58,127 bases of DNA from a virus (IMGVR_UViG_3300025676_000021:1-58127); one strand, 5' to 3'; positions 28,069 through 38,997 are shown, counted from the first letter of the stretch. A program made the numbers and translations. Notes: generated from the sequence alone by a model not told the origin.

Positions 28069-28930
28069 AGACACTTACCAAACTTTAAAAGAAGTTGCGG
28101 TAACATCATACGAAAAAGCAACTCTTCCTATGTGGAAACCGGACACCGGACAAAAAGAAGAAAAGAAAATAACTAAGTCACCCTATAACATTATGATTTG
28201 TACACCTTGCCATAGTGATGTGACTATGCATTACACGCAAGCTCTTTTAGAATTACAACAACTTTGTATTAAAAAAGGAATAAGAATAACATTTACTTTG
28301 TTAAAATCCTCTTTGGTGACTCAAGGAAGAAATTTATGTGTTTCAGCTTTTTTAGATTCTAATTGTACACATATGTTATTTGTAGATTCAGACATATATT
28401 TTAGAGCAGAATCTATTATTAAAATGTTAGATCTAGACAAAGAATTAATATCTATTCCTTACCCACTTAAAACTATGATGTGGGATAAACTTTATAAAAA
28501 GTGGAATGATGGTGAAGTTAAAAACGCTGGAGATATACATAGATGGTTAAATACATACCCAATGAAAGTAGCAGATGTTAATAACATAACTTTAGATAGT
28601 GGTGTTATGGAAGTTACACATAGTCCTACAGGATGTATGCTAATTAAAAGAGCAGTGTTTGACAAGATGATAAAAAAATATCCAGATAAAAACATAGTTC
28701 AAAAGACAGTTATAAATGGTGAGTATGTAGATAGACCTCATTTATGGAACTTTTTTGATTGTATACATGACCCTGAGACTAAGACATATTTAGGTGAAGA
28801 TTTTTCTTTTTGTAAGCTTTGGAAAGATATCGGGGGTAAATGTTATGTCTTTGTTAATGACCCAATCATCCATGTAGGCGAACATCAGTACGAAGGATGT
28901 TTTAGAGACGAGTTGAAACTAGCCGACTAA
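28049..28930 (+). CDS. Glycosyltransferase, GT-A fold
   Basis: ICTPC, SLVTQGRN, HMLFVDSD (DxD), TGCMLIKR, GEDFSFC, HVG. Confidence 0.8.
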   Translation: MKETVNEDTYQTLKEVAVTSYEKATLPMWKPDTGQKEEKKITKSPYNIMICTPCHSDVTMHYTQALLELQQLCIKKGIRITFTLLKSSLVTQGRNLCVSAFLDSNCTHMLFVDSDIYFRAESIIKMLDLDKELISIPYPLKTMMWDKLYKKWNDGEVKNAGDIHRWLNTYPMKVADVNNITLDSGVMEVTHSPTGCMLIKRAVFDKMIKKYPDKNIVQKTVINGEYVDRPHLWNFFDCIHDPETKTYLGEDFSFCKLWKDIGGKCYVFVNDPIIHVGEHQYEGCFRDELKLAD

Positions 28931-28978
28931 AATGGTATTATTTCATACTTAAGATCTTAATTAGGAGAATTTATATTA

Positions 28979-29998
28979 ATGTTACAATTTTTACCCTACG
29001 CATTAGCAGCCTACGGAGGTTATAAAGGATACAAGGGCGCCAAAGATTCAGGTGCTTCTGGATTACAAAGAATACTTGGAGGTGCCTTAGGTGCTTACAG
29101 TGGTTACAATTTAGGACAAGTAGGTGGTTTTGCAAAGGGTGCTGGGTTTGGAAACGCAGCTTCAGCTAATTTTGTACCTACCTTTAGTAGCCTTCCTGGA
29201 GTAAGTGGCCTGCCTGGAATGGGTGGTGCTCAAGATCCTAGTACTATGTCTAAATTCTTAGGTGTAGACAGAGACGGAAGTATGATTCCAAATCCAAATT
29301 ATATTGAACAAGGAACTAGTGGTGGAAATCTTTTAGATATTTTGAAAAGACAAAAAGCTGATGGAACAGGAATGGAATACAGCCCAGGAAAAGTTTCAGC
29401 TGCAATTGCTGCAGGAACTTATTTAAGTGGTGCGTTTGATCCACAACCAACAGATGTTTATATGCCTGGATACAATATGAATTATTTAAACATGAAAGAA
29501 AAGAGACCTCAATATACATACATAGACCCGGACACCGGACAAGAAAAAGCATACGAAAAAATTTATTCTCCTGAAGAAGCAGGACGAGGTGATCCAAGAA
29601 TGGGTCCTTACTCAGTAAATGTTCAAAGATTTAATACCGGAGGACTATCAAGTATTCAAAAATTTAATGAAGGTGGTATTAACTATCTTCCATCAAAAGT
29701 TTCACATGACGAAAATGATGCTAACAACTATGTTAGAGCATCCGGTTATGTAGAGGACGGAGAAGGCGTAGGAGACAAAGACGAGGATACAATGTTAGCT
29801 CAATTAGCAGACGGAGAGTTTGTAACAAGAGCAGATGGAGTATTAGGTGCTGGAATCATAGCTGGAGGAAATCCAAATAGTATGAAAGATATGAGAGAAA
29901 AAGGTGCCCAATATTTCTATGAACAACAAAAAAGATACAAGCGTGTATTTGATTTATTACAGGATAGAAATGGCAACAGCAAACAAAAAACAAATTAA
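28979..29998 (+). CDS. Internal virion protein with tape-measure-like FxxGG...D..LADGEFV domain
   Basis: Gly/Ala-rich hydrophobic N-terminus; FNTGG, FNEGG, DTMLAQLADGEFVTRADGV. Confidence 0.6.
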   Translation: MLQFLPYALAAYGGYKGYKGAKDSGASGLQRILGGALGAYSGYNLGQVGGFAKGAGFGNAASANFVPTFSSLPGVSGLPGMGGAQDPSTMSKFLGVDRDGSMIPNPNYIEQGTSGGNLLDILKRQKADGTGMEYSPGKVSAAIAAGTYLSGAFDPQPTDVYMPGYNMNYLNMKEKRPQYTYIDPDTGQEKAYEKIYSPEEAGRGDPRMGPYSVNVQRFNTGGLSSIQKFNEGGINYLPSKVSHDENDANNYVRASGYVEDGEGVGDKDEDTMLAQLADGEFVTRADGVLGAGIIAGGNPNSMKDMREKGAQYFYEQQKRYKRVFDLLQDRNGNSKQKTN

Positions 29999-30431
29999 AC
30001 CTTTAGTAAGTATTCTTCCCTTAGAACCTAAGGATATAGAAAGATTTTGGCCTTTAGCTGAATTTATGGTTTCTGAGTCTTTAGCTTTTTCTGGTAAATA
30101 CGCAGACTCTACTTGGGTTATGGATGAACTAAAAAAAGATACTATGCAATGTTGGATTATGTTTGGTTCAGACGAATTTGAAGAAAATAAAGTATTTGGT
30201 ATTTGTGTTGGTAGAATTGGTGTTATGCCAAATTATAATCAATATGAAATTGTAATATGCACAGGAAAAAGAAGAGAATTATGGGAAGATAATTTAATAA
30301 AATCAGTTACTGATTTTGCTACTTCTAACAAATGTAAAAGATTAAGTATAATGGCCAGACCCGGTTGGGAAAAAGTTTCCAAAAAATGGGGATGGAAAAA
30401 GAAACACGTACAACTAGAGAAATGGATATAA
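29969..30431 (+). CDS. GNAT-like protein in ejection module
   Basis: Probable start MATANKK; W...FA..NKCKRL..ARPGWEK pattern; precedes ejection genes. Confidence 0.5.
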
Positions 30432-30432
30432 T

Positions 30433-31287
30433 ATGAGTTTTTTTGGAGGAGGAAGATCACAAGCACCAGCAACACCAAGTTCGCAAACATCTTTTGTTAG
30501 AGAAGCACCGGGTATTGAAGAAAGAAAAATAGAATTAATGGACATTGCGCGTCAAGTAGCACAAAGCCCAATAAATCTTCCAGACTATAAAGTAGCAGGA
30601 CTAGGTGCGTTAGAACAACAAGGAATGACTGCAGCGGGTACTACAGGTATTGGAGCCCCTACTGTTCAACAAGGTATAAATCAAGTAACAGGAGCAGCGT
30701 CTCCAATTGGAGCATCACAGATATCCCAATATTTAAATCCATATCAATCTTACGTAACAGGTGAGATCGGAAGACAATCTCAAATAATGCAAAACCAATT
30801 AGCTAATCAAGCAGTTAAATCAGGAGCTTTTGGTGGAGGAAGAGAAGGTGTTCAACAAGCAGAACTACAAGGCAGAGCTTTATCAGCAATGGGACAAGCT
30901 CAAGCACAAGGTTTTAACACAGCATTAGGTGCAGCGCAAAGACAACAACAAGTTGGCTTACAAGCAGGTCAGCAGTTAGGTCAATTAGGTTTAGGCCAAC
31001 AACAAATGGCTCAAGGGGATATTAATCAATTAATGGCTTCGGGTGGGGTTCAAAGACAACTTGCACAACAAGCACTTGATGCACAAAGACAATCTACATT
31101 ACAACAACAATACGAACCATACCAAAGAGCTGAGTTCTTGTCTAACTTGTATGCTGCAGGACCTAAGTCTTCTTCTCAAGTTACAATGGGTACACAACCA
31201 TCTACTAGTCCATTAGCACAAGCTGTTGGAACTGGTATAGGAGCATTTACAGCATTTCAGGGCGTGAAACCAACCGGAACGGCTTAG
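30433..31287 (+). CDS. DNA ejection/pilot protein
   Basis: Gln/Gly/Ala-rich; YLNPYQ, SGAFGGGR motifs; hydrophobic C-terminal helix. Confidence 0.7.
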   Translation: MSFFGGGRSQAPATPSSQTSFVREAPGIEERKIELMDIARQVAQSPINLPDYKVAGLGALEQQGMTAAGTTGIGAPTVQQGINQVTGAASPIGASQISQYLNPYQSYVTGEIGRQSQIMQNQLANQAVKSGAFGGGREGVQQAELQGRALSAMGQAQAQGFNTALGAAQRQQQVGLQAGQQLGQLGLGQQQMAQGDINQLMASGGVQRQLAQQALDAQRQSTLQQQYEPYQRAEFLSNLYAAGPKSSSQVTMGTQPSTSPLAQAVGTGIGAFTAFQGVKPTGTA

Positions 31288-31295
31288 GAGGTTCG

Positions 31296-33542
31296 ATGTC
31301 GCTTAACAAAGTTTTAAACAGACCTATGTTTCGTAAAGAAGCTCTTAGAAAAGGTGTGCTTAAAACTATTAATGCAAATACAGGTATCATGGTAGGACAA
31401 CCGTACACTGAGGCACCAGTCCCAGCCCTAAGAAAACCACCAACATTTATGGAAAGAATGAAAGTGAGTGGCCCAGTAAGAATGGGAGGAAATTTAATTA
31501 GAAGCGCAGCTAACATACCAGCATATTATGGTTTTACTGGAGGTATGAAAGTAGGAGAAGCTATGGGTATAAATGATCCTGTAGGACAAACACTTTCAGG
31601 TTTAGGAGGAGCTTATGGTGCTTCAAGAGCATTGCCTGCTTTAGCAAGTATAGGTTTTCTTCCAAGTGCAGTTGGTTTAGCCACTATAGCTGGAGTAAAA
31701 AATAGAGTTGAAGCAGGTATTAAAGAGAGAGCAAGAATTAACGCAATGTCTCCTAAGGAACGAGCTGAATTTGAAAGACAAAACAGATTAAAATCTACTG
31801 ATTACATGAGCCAAGGTGTATCAGACCAAGATTTATTTGGAAAGTTTGTACCAAAAGCACCAGAAGATATTATAACAAGATCTTCAGCAGCACCTAAAGA
31901 AGGACCAGGTTCTGGAAGAGTTACAGGAAATAAATCAAAAGAATTAAAAGCTGAAGGCGATCCACTGCTACAGGACAACGTAGCTGATTCAAATGACATA
32001 GCTAATTTAGATAGTATACAAGAAAACACATTAACAGGTGGAACTCCACCGCCTCCAGGCGAAGATGGAATTACAAATTACACAAGCACTTTATCTGAGG
32101 ATAGAGAGAGAAGAGAAGCGGAAGCTTTATTAACTGCTCCAGAAAAAAAGAAAATTAAAAAAAACAACGAAGCTGCAGGAAACAATGAAATAGCATTAGG
32201 TGGACCTTCTGATGATAAAGAATTTAATAAAACAATAGCCCTTGCTAAAAAATATCAAGAAGAAGTATTTAAAGGTGAAGGATCACAGGCTGGTTTAGTA
32301 TTTTTAGCTAACCTTGCATCAGGATTATTGACAGGAACTACAGCAAGAGCGGGATTGGGAGGAGCCATGGAAGTATTTGGTCAAGCAATAGGCCCTGCTG
32401 TAAATAATTATGCAACAATAAAACTAAAAGAAGGTGAACTTAGAGCTCAAAACAGAGAAGCATCACTAAATGCTGCAGTAGATCATATGAAATTTTTAAA
32501 TGATGCAGCTATAGCAGAAGCTGAAGGTAGAAAACCCGCTGAAATTGATCAATATGGAATTGTTCAAGTAAGAGGTACTGACGGAAAATTAAGAAATTAC
32601 AGAGGTGTTACTTTTAAAAATGGTACTGTAGGTATGCCTGCAGGGTTAGATGCTAATGGTAAAGAGCAATATGTTCCTATTCCTCAGGGTGCTCCAGTTA
32701 TGAATAGTGAGGGTGTTGCTGTAGGTCAATTTGAAGATTTTAAAGAACAAAAAGCAATAGGCACAAGACTTACTGAATTACATGATATTTTAGGAAATAG
32801 GTACGATGCACTAGCTACTGCAAGAGAAGTATTACGTATAACCGGCCAACCAGAGGCAAAAGCAGGTGCTGGATTAACAGTAGACCAATTTACAAGAAGA
32901 ATACTTGGTGTAGGAAAAGAATTATTTAAAGGTGATACTTCATTAGATTACAATGCTGATTTAACAAAATTATATCAATTAGAAAAAGATGAAATTGCAG
33001 CACTTGATAGAGCTCTAGCTGCAGGGGAAATAACTCAATCTGAATATGATAGAGATAAAAAAGGAATTACAATTGGAGAATTAGATAAGGGTGGTTTATT
33101 AGCAGAAACAAGAAAAAGAATTTTAGATAATTCTGGTTCAAAAGGTTTTTATTCAAATTTAAGTAGAGATGATCAAGAGGCACTTGCAGTTTATGAAACT
33201 AAACTTGTTTATGCACTTGCAAACACATTTAAAGATCAAGATAGATTAACACAAAGAGATATTAATGCTGCGAAAGAAATTGTAAACATATTCTCATTAG
33301 GAAGAGCTTCTGCTGATGTAGAATCTTCTATAAGAGCTATTGCTAGAGGTCTTGAGTCTGACATCAGAAGACAAGAAAGTTTATTTACTGCTGCAGGAGG
33401 ATTAGAAAAAACATTAGAAGATCTTAGAAAATTGAAAGATTTTGCTCCTTTCAGTAATCAAAGTGATTTAGCCTCTACATTAGCTGGTGATTTAGGAGAA
33501 GAAGAAATTAAAAAACGATTAGAAGAAATGGAATTAAAATAA
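31296..33542 (+). CDS. Internal virion / ejection protein
   Basis: 748 aa; VLNRPMFR N-terminus; helical; position in module. Confidence 0.6.
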   Translation: MSLNKVLNRPMFRKEALRKGVLKTINANTGIMVGQPYTEAPVPALRKPPTFMERMKVSGPVRMGGNLIRSAANIPAYYGFTGGMKVGEAMGINDPVGQTLSGLGGAYGASRALPALASIGFLPSAVGLATIAGVKNRVEAGIKERARINAMSPKERAEFERQNRLKSTDYMSQGVSDQDLFGKFVPKAPEDIITRSSAAPKEGPGSGRVTGNKSKELKAEGDPLLQDNVADSNDIANLDSIQENTLTGGTPPPPGEDGITNYTSTLSEDRERREAEALLTAPEKKKIKKNNEAAGNNEIALGGPSDDKEFNKTIALAKKYQEEVFKGEGSQAGLVFLANLASGLLTGTTARAGLGGAMEVFGQAIGPAVNNYATIKLKEGELRAQNREASLNAAVDHMKFLNDAAIAEAEGRKPAEIDQYGIVQVRGTDGKLRNYRGVTFKNGTVGMPAGLDANGKEQYVPIPQGAPVMNSEGVAVGQFEDFKEQKAIGTRLTELHDILGNRYDALATAREVLRITGQPEAKAGAGLTVDQFTRRILGVGKELFKGDTSLDYNADLTKLYQLEKDEIAALDRALAAGEITQSEYDRDKKGITIGELDKGGLLAETRKRILDNSGSKGFYSNLSRDDQEALAVYETKLVYALANTFKDQDRLTQRDINAAKEIVNIFSLGRASADVESSIRAIARGLESDIRRQESLFTAAGGLEKTLEDLRKLKDFAPFSNQSDLASTLAGDLGEEEIKKRLEEMELK

Positions 33543-36500
33543 TGGCTAGTTTAAAAGATATTCAAAATCAACTAGATAATAATACTTTTGATCCAAGTAA
33601 GTATAGCAGACAGGAAAGAGATCTAATTGATGCTGCAATTAAAAAAGGATTAATTACAGGTCCTTCAATGTCAGAATTACAATCACAAAGAGCAGGTGCT
33701 GCAAAAGATGTAGCTACTATTGACGAGGCAGTAAAGAATCCAATTGGTGTAAGATTACAGCAAACAGGAAGCTCGTTGGATGGTAGATCAGAAGCAGTTC
33801 TTGCTGGAGATCTTATAGGATCTATTACACCCTATGTTGCAATGAGAAAAAAAATATTTAGTGCAGCTAAATCAAAAGTACCAGGAGATAAATCAACAGG
33901 TTTATTTGCTAGAACTAAAATGTTTAGCAACTTTTCAGATAAATTAACTGCAAGACTACCAGGACGATTTAAATTATTAGGTGGCCTTACAAAATTACTT
34001 GCAAAAGTAGCAGATCCAACTATTGGAAGAGTATTAGCTAGTCCACTTGGAAGAGCAGAAGTATACTCTGTATTAGGTGGTACTGCAGGAGCAGGAGCAG
34101 GTTCAGTTACTTATGACATGTTGAATGAAACTGTTGGAGTTGCTGCTATGGATGCAATAGCTTCTGACATGGAAAACATGAGTCCACAAGAAGTTAAGAC
34201 AGATATGTTTGCTAATGCAGCAGACTCTATGTTTACAGCTTTAGCATGGAACGCTGGTGCTGCAACATTAACACCATTTATTACAAAAGGTTTAGGTAAA
34301 GTTGGAAGATTGATGATTGGTGCCAAATCAAAAAACGCGAAAGAATTAGTAAACATAGCAAGAGAAAGAGGTGGTTTACCTATTCCTATGGTAATGACTG
34401 CACAAGAAGGTACAGGTCTTCTTGGTGGTTTTGCTTCTAAATTTTTTAAAGTTCTTGGTATAATGCCTTTTATTAATGGTATAGGTAAGGAAGCTTTACA
34501 AGGAGCAGAACAAGCAGCTGGTAAAAATTATTTAAACAATGATGTTCTTAAATACGGGCCACTGGTCAAAACAGGAATGTTATCAGCCACTGTTTGGAAA
34601 CAAGCAGAACAAGCCTTTATACAAAATAGTAATTTGATTAATTCAAGTTACAAAGCTTTTGATACGTTAGCAGATACAATCGGAAACCCAAAAGTTATTC
34701 CTACAAGCCATGTTAAATTTATGGCTAAAAACTACACTGATGAACTTTTTATGAAATTCCCAGGATTAAGAAGTTACGCAGAAGACGCTGGAGGTAGAAT
34801 TGATATGAAAGCCTTAGAAAAATTACAAGGTACAGGAGATCCGTTAGCATTATTTTTTAGACACATGAATCAAATTGAAGACTTTGTAACACCAAAACAA
34901 TACAAAGGGATGATGGAAGAATTAAATAGAGCTATAGGACAAACAGGCTATGAAAATATAAGACCGACCTTATGGTCTATAAGAGAAGCTTTAGAAAATG
35001 ATCTTAATTCATTTGGTTCAGCTATAACAAAAGAAACTTTTTTAAAAGATGACACAGTAAAAGCAGCTTATGAAACATTAAAGAAAACAAATCCTGCTGC
35101 AGCAGAAGCAGATATGGCTCTTAAAATATCAGAATCAGAAAAATTGAAGGATAAACTATATGGTGCAAATGATACATTTTCTACATTAATGAACTTTTAT
35201 CAAAATGCTAATTTGACAAGAGTATTTAGAGATTACAACGCAACAACATTTACAAACAAAGCATTAGCTGGAATTGGTGGGATGCAAAAGAAAAAAGCTC
35301 AAAGATTTTTTAATGACTTAGCTAATGATGTTTTTACACGTGGAGACACAGACGCAGTTTTACAATTTAAACAATTGTTAGGAGCTTCAAAAATAGCATC
35401 AAGAAAAGACAAAACAAAGGGTATAGGAATTACAAAAGGCGGTGGAGAAGCATTATTCAATGCTTCAAAAGCAAGATGGATGTTTAACTCATTTATAAAA
35501 AGTTTTGATTCAGCATCTTCTCCTGCAGGTAGATCAATGCTAGATGAAATTATGGAAGAATCTACGGTTAGGGCGGGTATAAATGGAACAGTAGATGTTA
35601 TGGAATCTATGGTTCAAAAAGGAACAGGCATAGATCAAACATTAGATTTTAGTATTAATAAAGTAAAAACAGGAACTAACATATTTGATGCAACTAAAAT
35701 AAAATTTAGTCCAAAAGACACATCTAGTTTTAATATAAATAAATTTATGAGAAATTTAGGAATAAGCGATATTACTGATGATGTAGCAAAAGAAAAAATG
35801 ACTACGATTTTAGGAGGACCAGCACAAGCAAAACAATTTGAAAAGTTTTTAACTTACATGAAAGCAATATCTGATACACCAATTGCTGATACTTCTACTT
35901 TTATGCAAAGAAGATTACAATTAGGTGGACTTAATTCATTTACAGGAGCTTTAGTTCTTGGAGGTTCTGCAGCTGTTAATCCATTTGCACCAGCATTATT
36001 TATTTTACTTGGTAGACGTGCAGGTCAAATACTTTCAGACCCTGTAGCTATGAGAGCTTTTAATGATGCACTAAACCCTGATGAACAAATTAAATTATTA
36101 ATGGGTCAAAAGGTAGGTAACGGTGTACCAGGAGTGCTTGGTATTGGAAGAAGATACTTTAAAGGAAGAGACATTCAAACAGCAGCTAACGTTTTAAAAT
36201 CACCAGGCGTTGTTGGTAGACTTGGCCTTACACAAAAAAGAGAAGCATTTGCAAGACTTGTTAACTATTTAAATGAAAGTGACGCTGATGTTCCGAGAGT
36301 AGATCCTAAAACTGTAACACCAGAAGAAATTACTGAAAGAATGGGACAATTAGAAGCTTCAGTTCCATCACCAAATTACAATCAAGAAACACTTCCTAAA
36401 AATAATTTTGAAGTAATGTTTGCACAAGACTACTCAGGAAGCTCGGGTAACTTAGAAACAGATACAAATGCTGTAGCTATGTTAACTACTGCTACACAAA

Positions 36501-36715
36501 ACGAAGCTATGGTTGATGCTGAAGAAGCGCCAGTTGAAGCAGAAGAAAAGTCTATGATTATGGCTGACCTACAACTTGAAGATCCAGTAGCTCAAGCGCC
36601 TACAGCACCAGTACCACCGGCTACCGGACAAGTAGATGCTAATCAATTTCAAGCACTATTTCCTAATGATCCAACAGGAGCTGCAATAGCACAAAGAGGA
36701 GTTAGACGTGGCTAG
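33542..36715 (+). CDS. Large internal virion / ejection protein
   Basis: 1057 aa; helical with Gly/Ala hydrophobic segments; ends FQALFPNDPTGAAI; last gene of virion module. Confidence 0.6.
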   Translation: MASLKDIQNQLDNNTFDPSKYSRQERDLIDAAIKKGLITGPSMSELQSQRAGAAKDVATIDEAVKNPIGVRLQQTGSSLDGRSEAVLAGDLIGSITPYVAMRKKIFSAAKSKVPGDKSTGLFARTKMFSNFSDKLTARLPGRFKLLGGLTKLLAKVADPTIGRVLASPLGRAEVYSVLGGTAGAGAGSVTYDMLNETVGVAAMDAIASDMENMSPQEVKTDMFANAADSMFTALAWNAGAATLTPFITKGLGKVGRLMIGAKSKNAKELVNIARERGGLPIPMVMTAQEGTGLLGGFASKFFKVLGIMPFINGIGKEALQGAEQAAGKNYLNNDVLKYGPLVKTGMLSATVWKQAEQAFIQNSNLINSSYKAFDTLADTIGNPKVIPTSHVKFMAKNYTDELFMKFPGLRSYAEDAGGRIDMKALEKLQGTGDPLALFFRHMNQIEDFVTPKQYKGMMEELNRAIGQTGYENIRPTLWSIREALENDLNSFGSAITKETFLKDDTVKAAYETLKKTNPAAAEADMALKISESEKLKDKLYGANDTFSTLMNFYQNANLTRVFRDYNATTFTNKALAGIGGMQKKKAQRFFNDLANDVFTRGDTDAVLQFKQLLGASKIASRKDKTKGIGITKGGGEALFNASKARWMFNSFIKSFDSASSPAGRSMLDEIMEESTVRAGINGTVDVMESMVQKGTGIDQTLDFSINKVKTGTNIFDATKIKFSPKDTSSFNINKFMRNLGISDITDDVAKEKMTTILGGPAQAKQFEKFLTYMKAISDTPIADTSTFMQRRLQLGGLNSFTGALVLGGSAAVNPFAPALFILLGRRAGQILSDPVAMRAFNDALNPDEQIKLLMGQKVGNGVPGVLGIGRRYFKGRDIQTAANVLKSPGVVGRLGLTQKREAFARLVNYLNESDADVPRVDPKTVTPEEITERMGQLEASVPSPNYNQETLPKNNFEVMFAQDYSGSSGNLETDTNAVAMLTTATQNEAMVDAEEAPVEAEEKSMIMADLQLEDPVAQAPTAPVPPATGQVDANQFQALFPNDPTGAAIAQRGVRRG

Positions 36716-36884
36716 AAGATCTGCATTAGATAGAATAGATAATCACGAAAAAATTTGTAAGCTGATGCAAAAACAGACCTTTGAAAAGATGGATAAGATG
36801 GAAGCACGTATTAATAGAATAGAAAAGATTATTGTAGGTGGAATGTTTGCAATATTTATGGCTGTACTTTCTAATCATTTGTAG
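36708..36884 (+). CDS. Coiled-coil plus C-terminal TM microprotein, XhlA/holin-like (not in ORF track)
   Basis: MARRSALDRIDNHEKICKLMQKQTFEKMDKMEARINRIEKIIVGGMFAIFMAVLSNHL; GAGGAG RBS. Confidence 0.6.
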   Translation: MARRSALDRIDNHEKICKLMQKQTFEKMDKMEARINRIEKIIVGGMFAIFMAVLSNHL

Positions 36885-36896
36885 TATTAACTACTA

Positions 36897-37565
36897 ATGA
36901 AGTTACTTAAAAAGTATCCTTACAAACACTACAATAGATTCTCAGACACAACAGGGCGTAAATATTTGGTAGATAATATAAAAGTACCAAGCGTCACAAC
37001 TATATTAGGTGCCACTAAAGACAAACGTTTTTTAGACAATTGGAGACGTAAGGTTGGAAATGCAGAAGCTGATAGAATTATGCAACAAGCATCAGCAATT
37101 GGAACTGAGATGCACCAGGTACTTGAATATCATTTAACAGGACAAGGTTATTACAATGCCATGGAAGAAGGATCAAAACCTAGGATGATGGCTAAGACTA
37201 TTTTAAATAATATTAAAATAGACGAGGTGTGGGGAAATGAAATAAGTTTAGAGTATGAAAATAAATACGCAGGTACAGCAGATTTGTCTTGTGTTGCTTA
37301 CGGAAAACCAAGCATAGTAGACTGGAAACAATCTAATAGACCTAAGAGAGAAGAATGGGTAGAAGATTATAAATATCAACTAGGAGCTTACTATCTAGCC
37401 CATACAAAAAACTATGGTCCTATAGAACAAGGTGTAATATCAATTTGCACTAGAGATTTGATGTATCAAGAATTCCGACTAAATGAGTCTGAATTAAAAG
37501 AGTATGGAGATAAATTTCTGGAAAGAGTAGAACAATACAATAAACTTATAGCAGCCAACTCTTAA
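36897..37565 (+). CDS. PD-(D/E)XK exonuclease
   Basis: PSVTTIL, GTEMH, YAGTAD, IVDWK, QLGAY. Confidence 0.85.
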   Translation: MKLLKKYPYKHYNRFSDTTGRKYLVDNIKVPSVTTILGATKDKRFLDNWRRKVGNAEADRIMQQASAIGTEMHQVLEYHLTGQGYYNAMEEGSKPRMMAKTILNNIKIDEVWGNEISLEYENKYAGTADLSCVAYGKPSIVDWKQSNRPKREEWVEDYKYQLGAYYLAHTKNYGPIEQGVISICTRDLMYQEFRLNESELKEYGDKFLERVEQYNKLIAANS

Positions 37566-38973
37566 GATCTTCTTCACCTAAAGTTTTAGCAGCTAACTTA
37601 CCTTTACTGGTAAGAGACTTCATGATAGCTTCATCTAATGTACCACGTGCAACAATATCAATATAAACTACAGTTCCTTTTTGGCCCATTCTATGAGCAC
37701 GGTCTTCTGATTGCATACGCACTTCTAGGTTATAGCTATTACTGTAATAGATAACAGTATTGCATGCAGTAAGAGTAAGACCAAAACCCCCGGTAGTGGG
37801 ATTACCAACCAAAAAACGACATTTATCATCTTTTTGAATACGATCGACAGCAGTTTTTCTATCTTCAACACTTACTTCTCCGTAAATACTAACAGTAGAT
37901 TCGGGTCCATACTTATTTATTAAAAAATCTTTTATTTCATGTATATTATACAAATAATTAGCCCAAATAATTACTTTACCATCCGTTTCTTCAAGAGTCT
38001 CTTCGAGTGCGTTTAGTTTTGATTTATGTAGTTGAAGTATTTTTCCATCATCATCTTTGGTAAAACCATTACAAACCTGGTGAAGTTTAATAATTTCAGT
38101 AAGTTTATTAGAAAAAGATATTGTACTATCTTCTACAATAGCAAGGGCATGAGTTCGAAGTCTTTCATATATTTTTTTACCCTCACCTTCTAATTCTATA
38201 TATCTCTTAGACCTAACCTTAGGCTTAAGATCTAAACACTGATCCTTACGTATTCTAGTAGCAAAACTCTTCATTTTTTCTTCTAATTCTTCTAGCTTTT
38301 TGTAATACTTTGGTACACTTATAAACCTCCCAGAACCAACAGGGATATCTGTCATTTCAGCATATCTGTTTCTAAAAGCAAGATAACTGTTAAAACCTAA
38401 TAATTCTGGACTTAAGAACGCACATTGTGTAAATAGATCTAATGGAGATTTTGTTATTGGGGATCCTGTTAGTATACGCTTTATATGGGATACTTTGGAT
38501 AGTGATAAAATGTTTTTTGTTCTTTTTGCTGATCGGTTTTTTATTGTGGTTGATTCATCCAGTGTTACAAAATTTAATTTATTTTTAAATAAATATTCTA
38601 CACAAGCTTGGTAGCCTCTTTTAGTAGACAAAGCTTCCACATTAATTAAAAATATTTTAAGATCTTTTGATTCTTCTAGTTTAAAATAATCCCTTGGTTT
38701 GTCTAGGTTCCATTTATAAATTTTATATTTAAGAACGTCAGGCATGTGGATTTCGATTTCAGTTTCCCAATTAGTGTATACAGATTTTGGAGCTATTATT
38801 AAAACCGAATCAATTTTTCTTTGTAAATATAAATAAGCAATATTATCTATAGTTACTTTAGTTTTGCCTGTACCCATTTCCATAAAATACGCCCATTCAG
38901 TTTTTTGAGCTGACTGAGATAAAGCATTTCTTTGGTGTTCATACGGCTTAGTCTTATACGGGTATTTCCACAT
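37546..38973 (-). CDS. SNF2-family helicase/ATPase
   Basis: MEMGTGKT, LDES, LTGSP, GFGLTLT, QSEDRAHRMGQ. Confidence 0.92.
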   Translation of the reverse strand: MWKYPYKTKPYEHQRNALSQSAQKTEWAYFMEMGTGKTKVTIDNIAYLYLQRKIDSVLIIAPKSVYTNWETEIEIHMPDVLKYKIYKWNLDKPRDYFKLEESKDLKIFLINVEALSTKRGYQACVEYLFKNKLNFVTLDESTTIKNRSAKRTKNILSLSKVSHIKRILTGSPITKSPLDLFTQCAFLSPELLGFNSYLAFRNRYAEMTDIPVGSGRFISVPKYYKKLEELEEKMKSFATRIRKDQCLDLKPKVRSKRYIELEGEGKKIYERLRTHALAIVEDSTISFSNKLTEIIKLHQVCNGFTKDDDGKILQLHKSKLNALEETLEETDGKVIIWANYLYNIHEIKDFLINKYGPESTVSIYGEVSVEDRKTAVDRIQKDDKCRFLVGNPTTGGFGLTLTACNTVIYYSNSYNLEVRMQSEDRAHRMGQKGTVVYIDIVARGTLDEAIMKSLTSKGKLAAKTLGEEDLKSWLL

Positions 38974-38997
38974 CTAAAAACTTTTTATATTTTTTTC

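Noticed and set aside
36897-37565. Cas4 as part of a CRISPR system
   Set aside because: Lacks the four-Cys Fe-S cluster pattern and sits in the replication module; an ordinary phage PD-(D/E)XK exonuclease.
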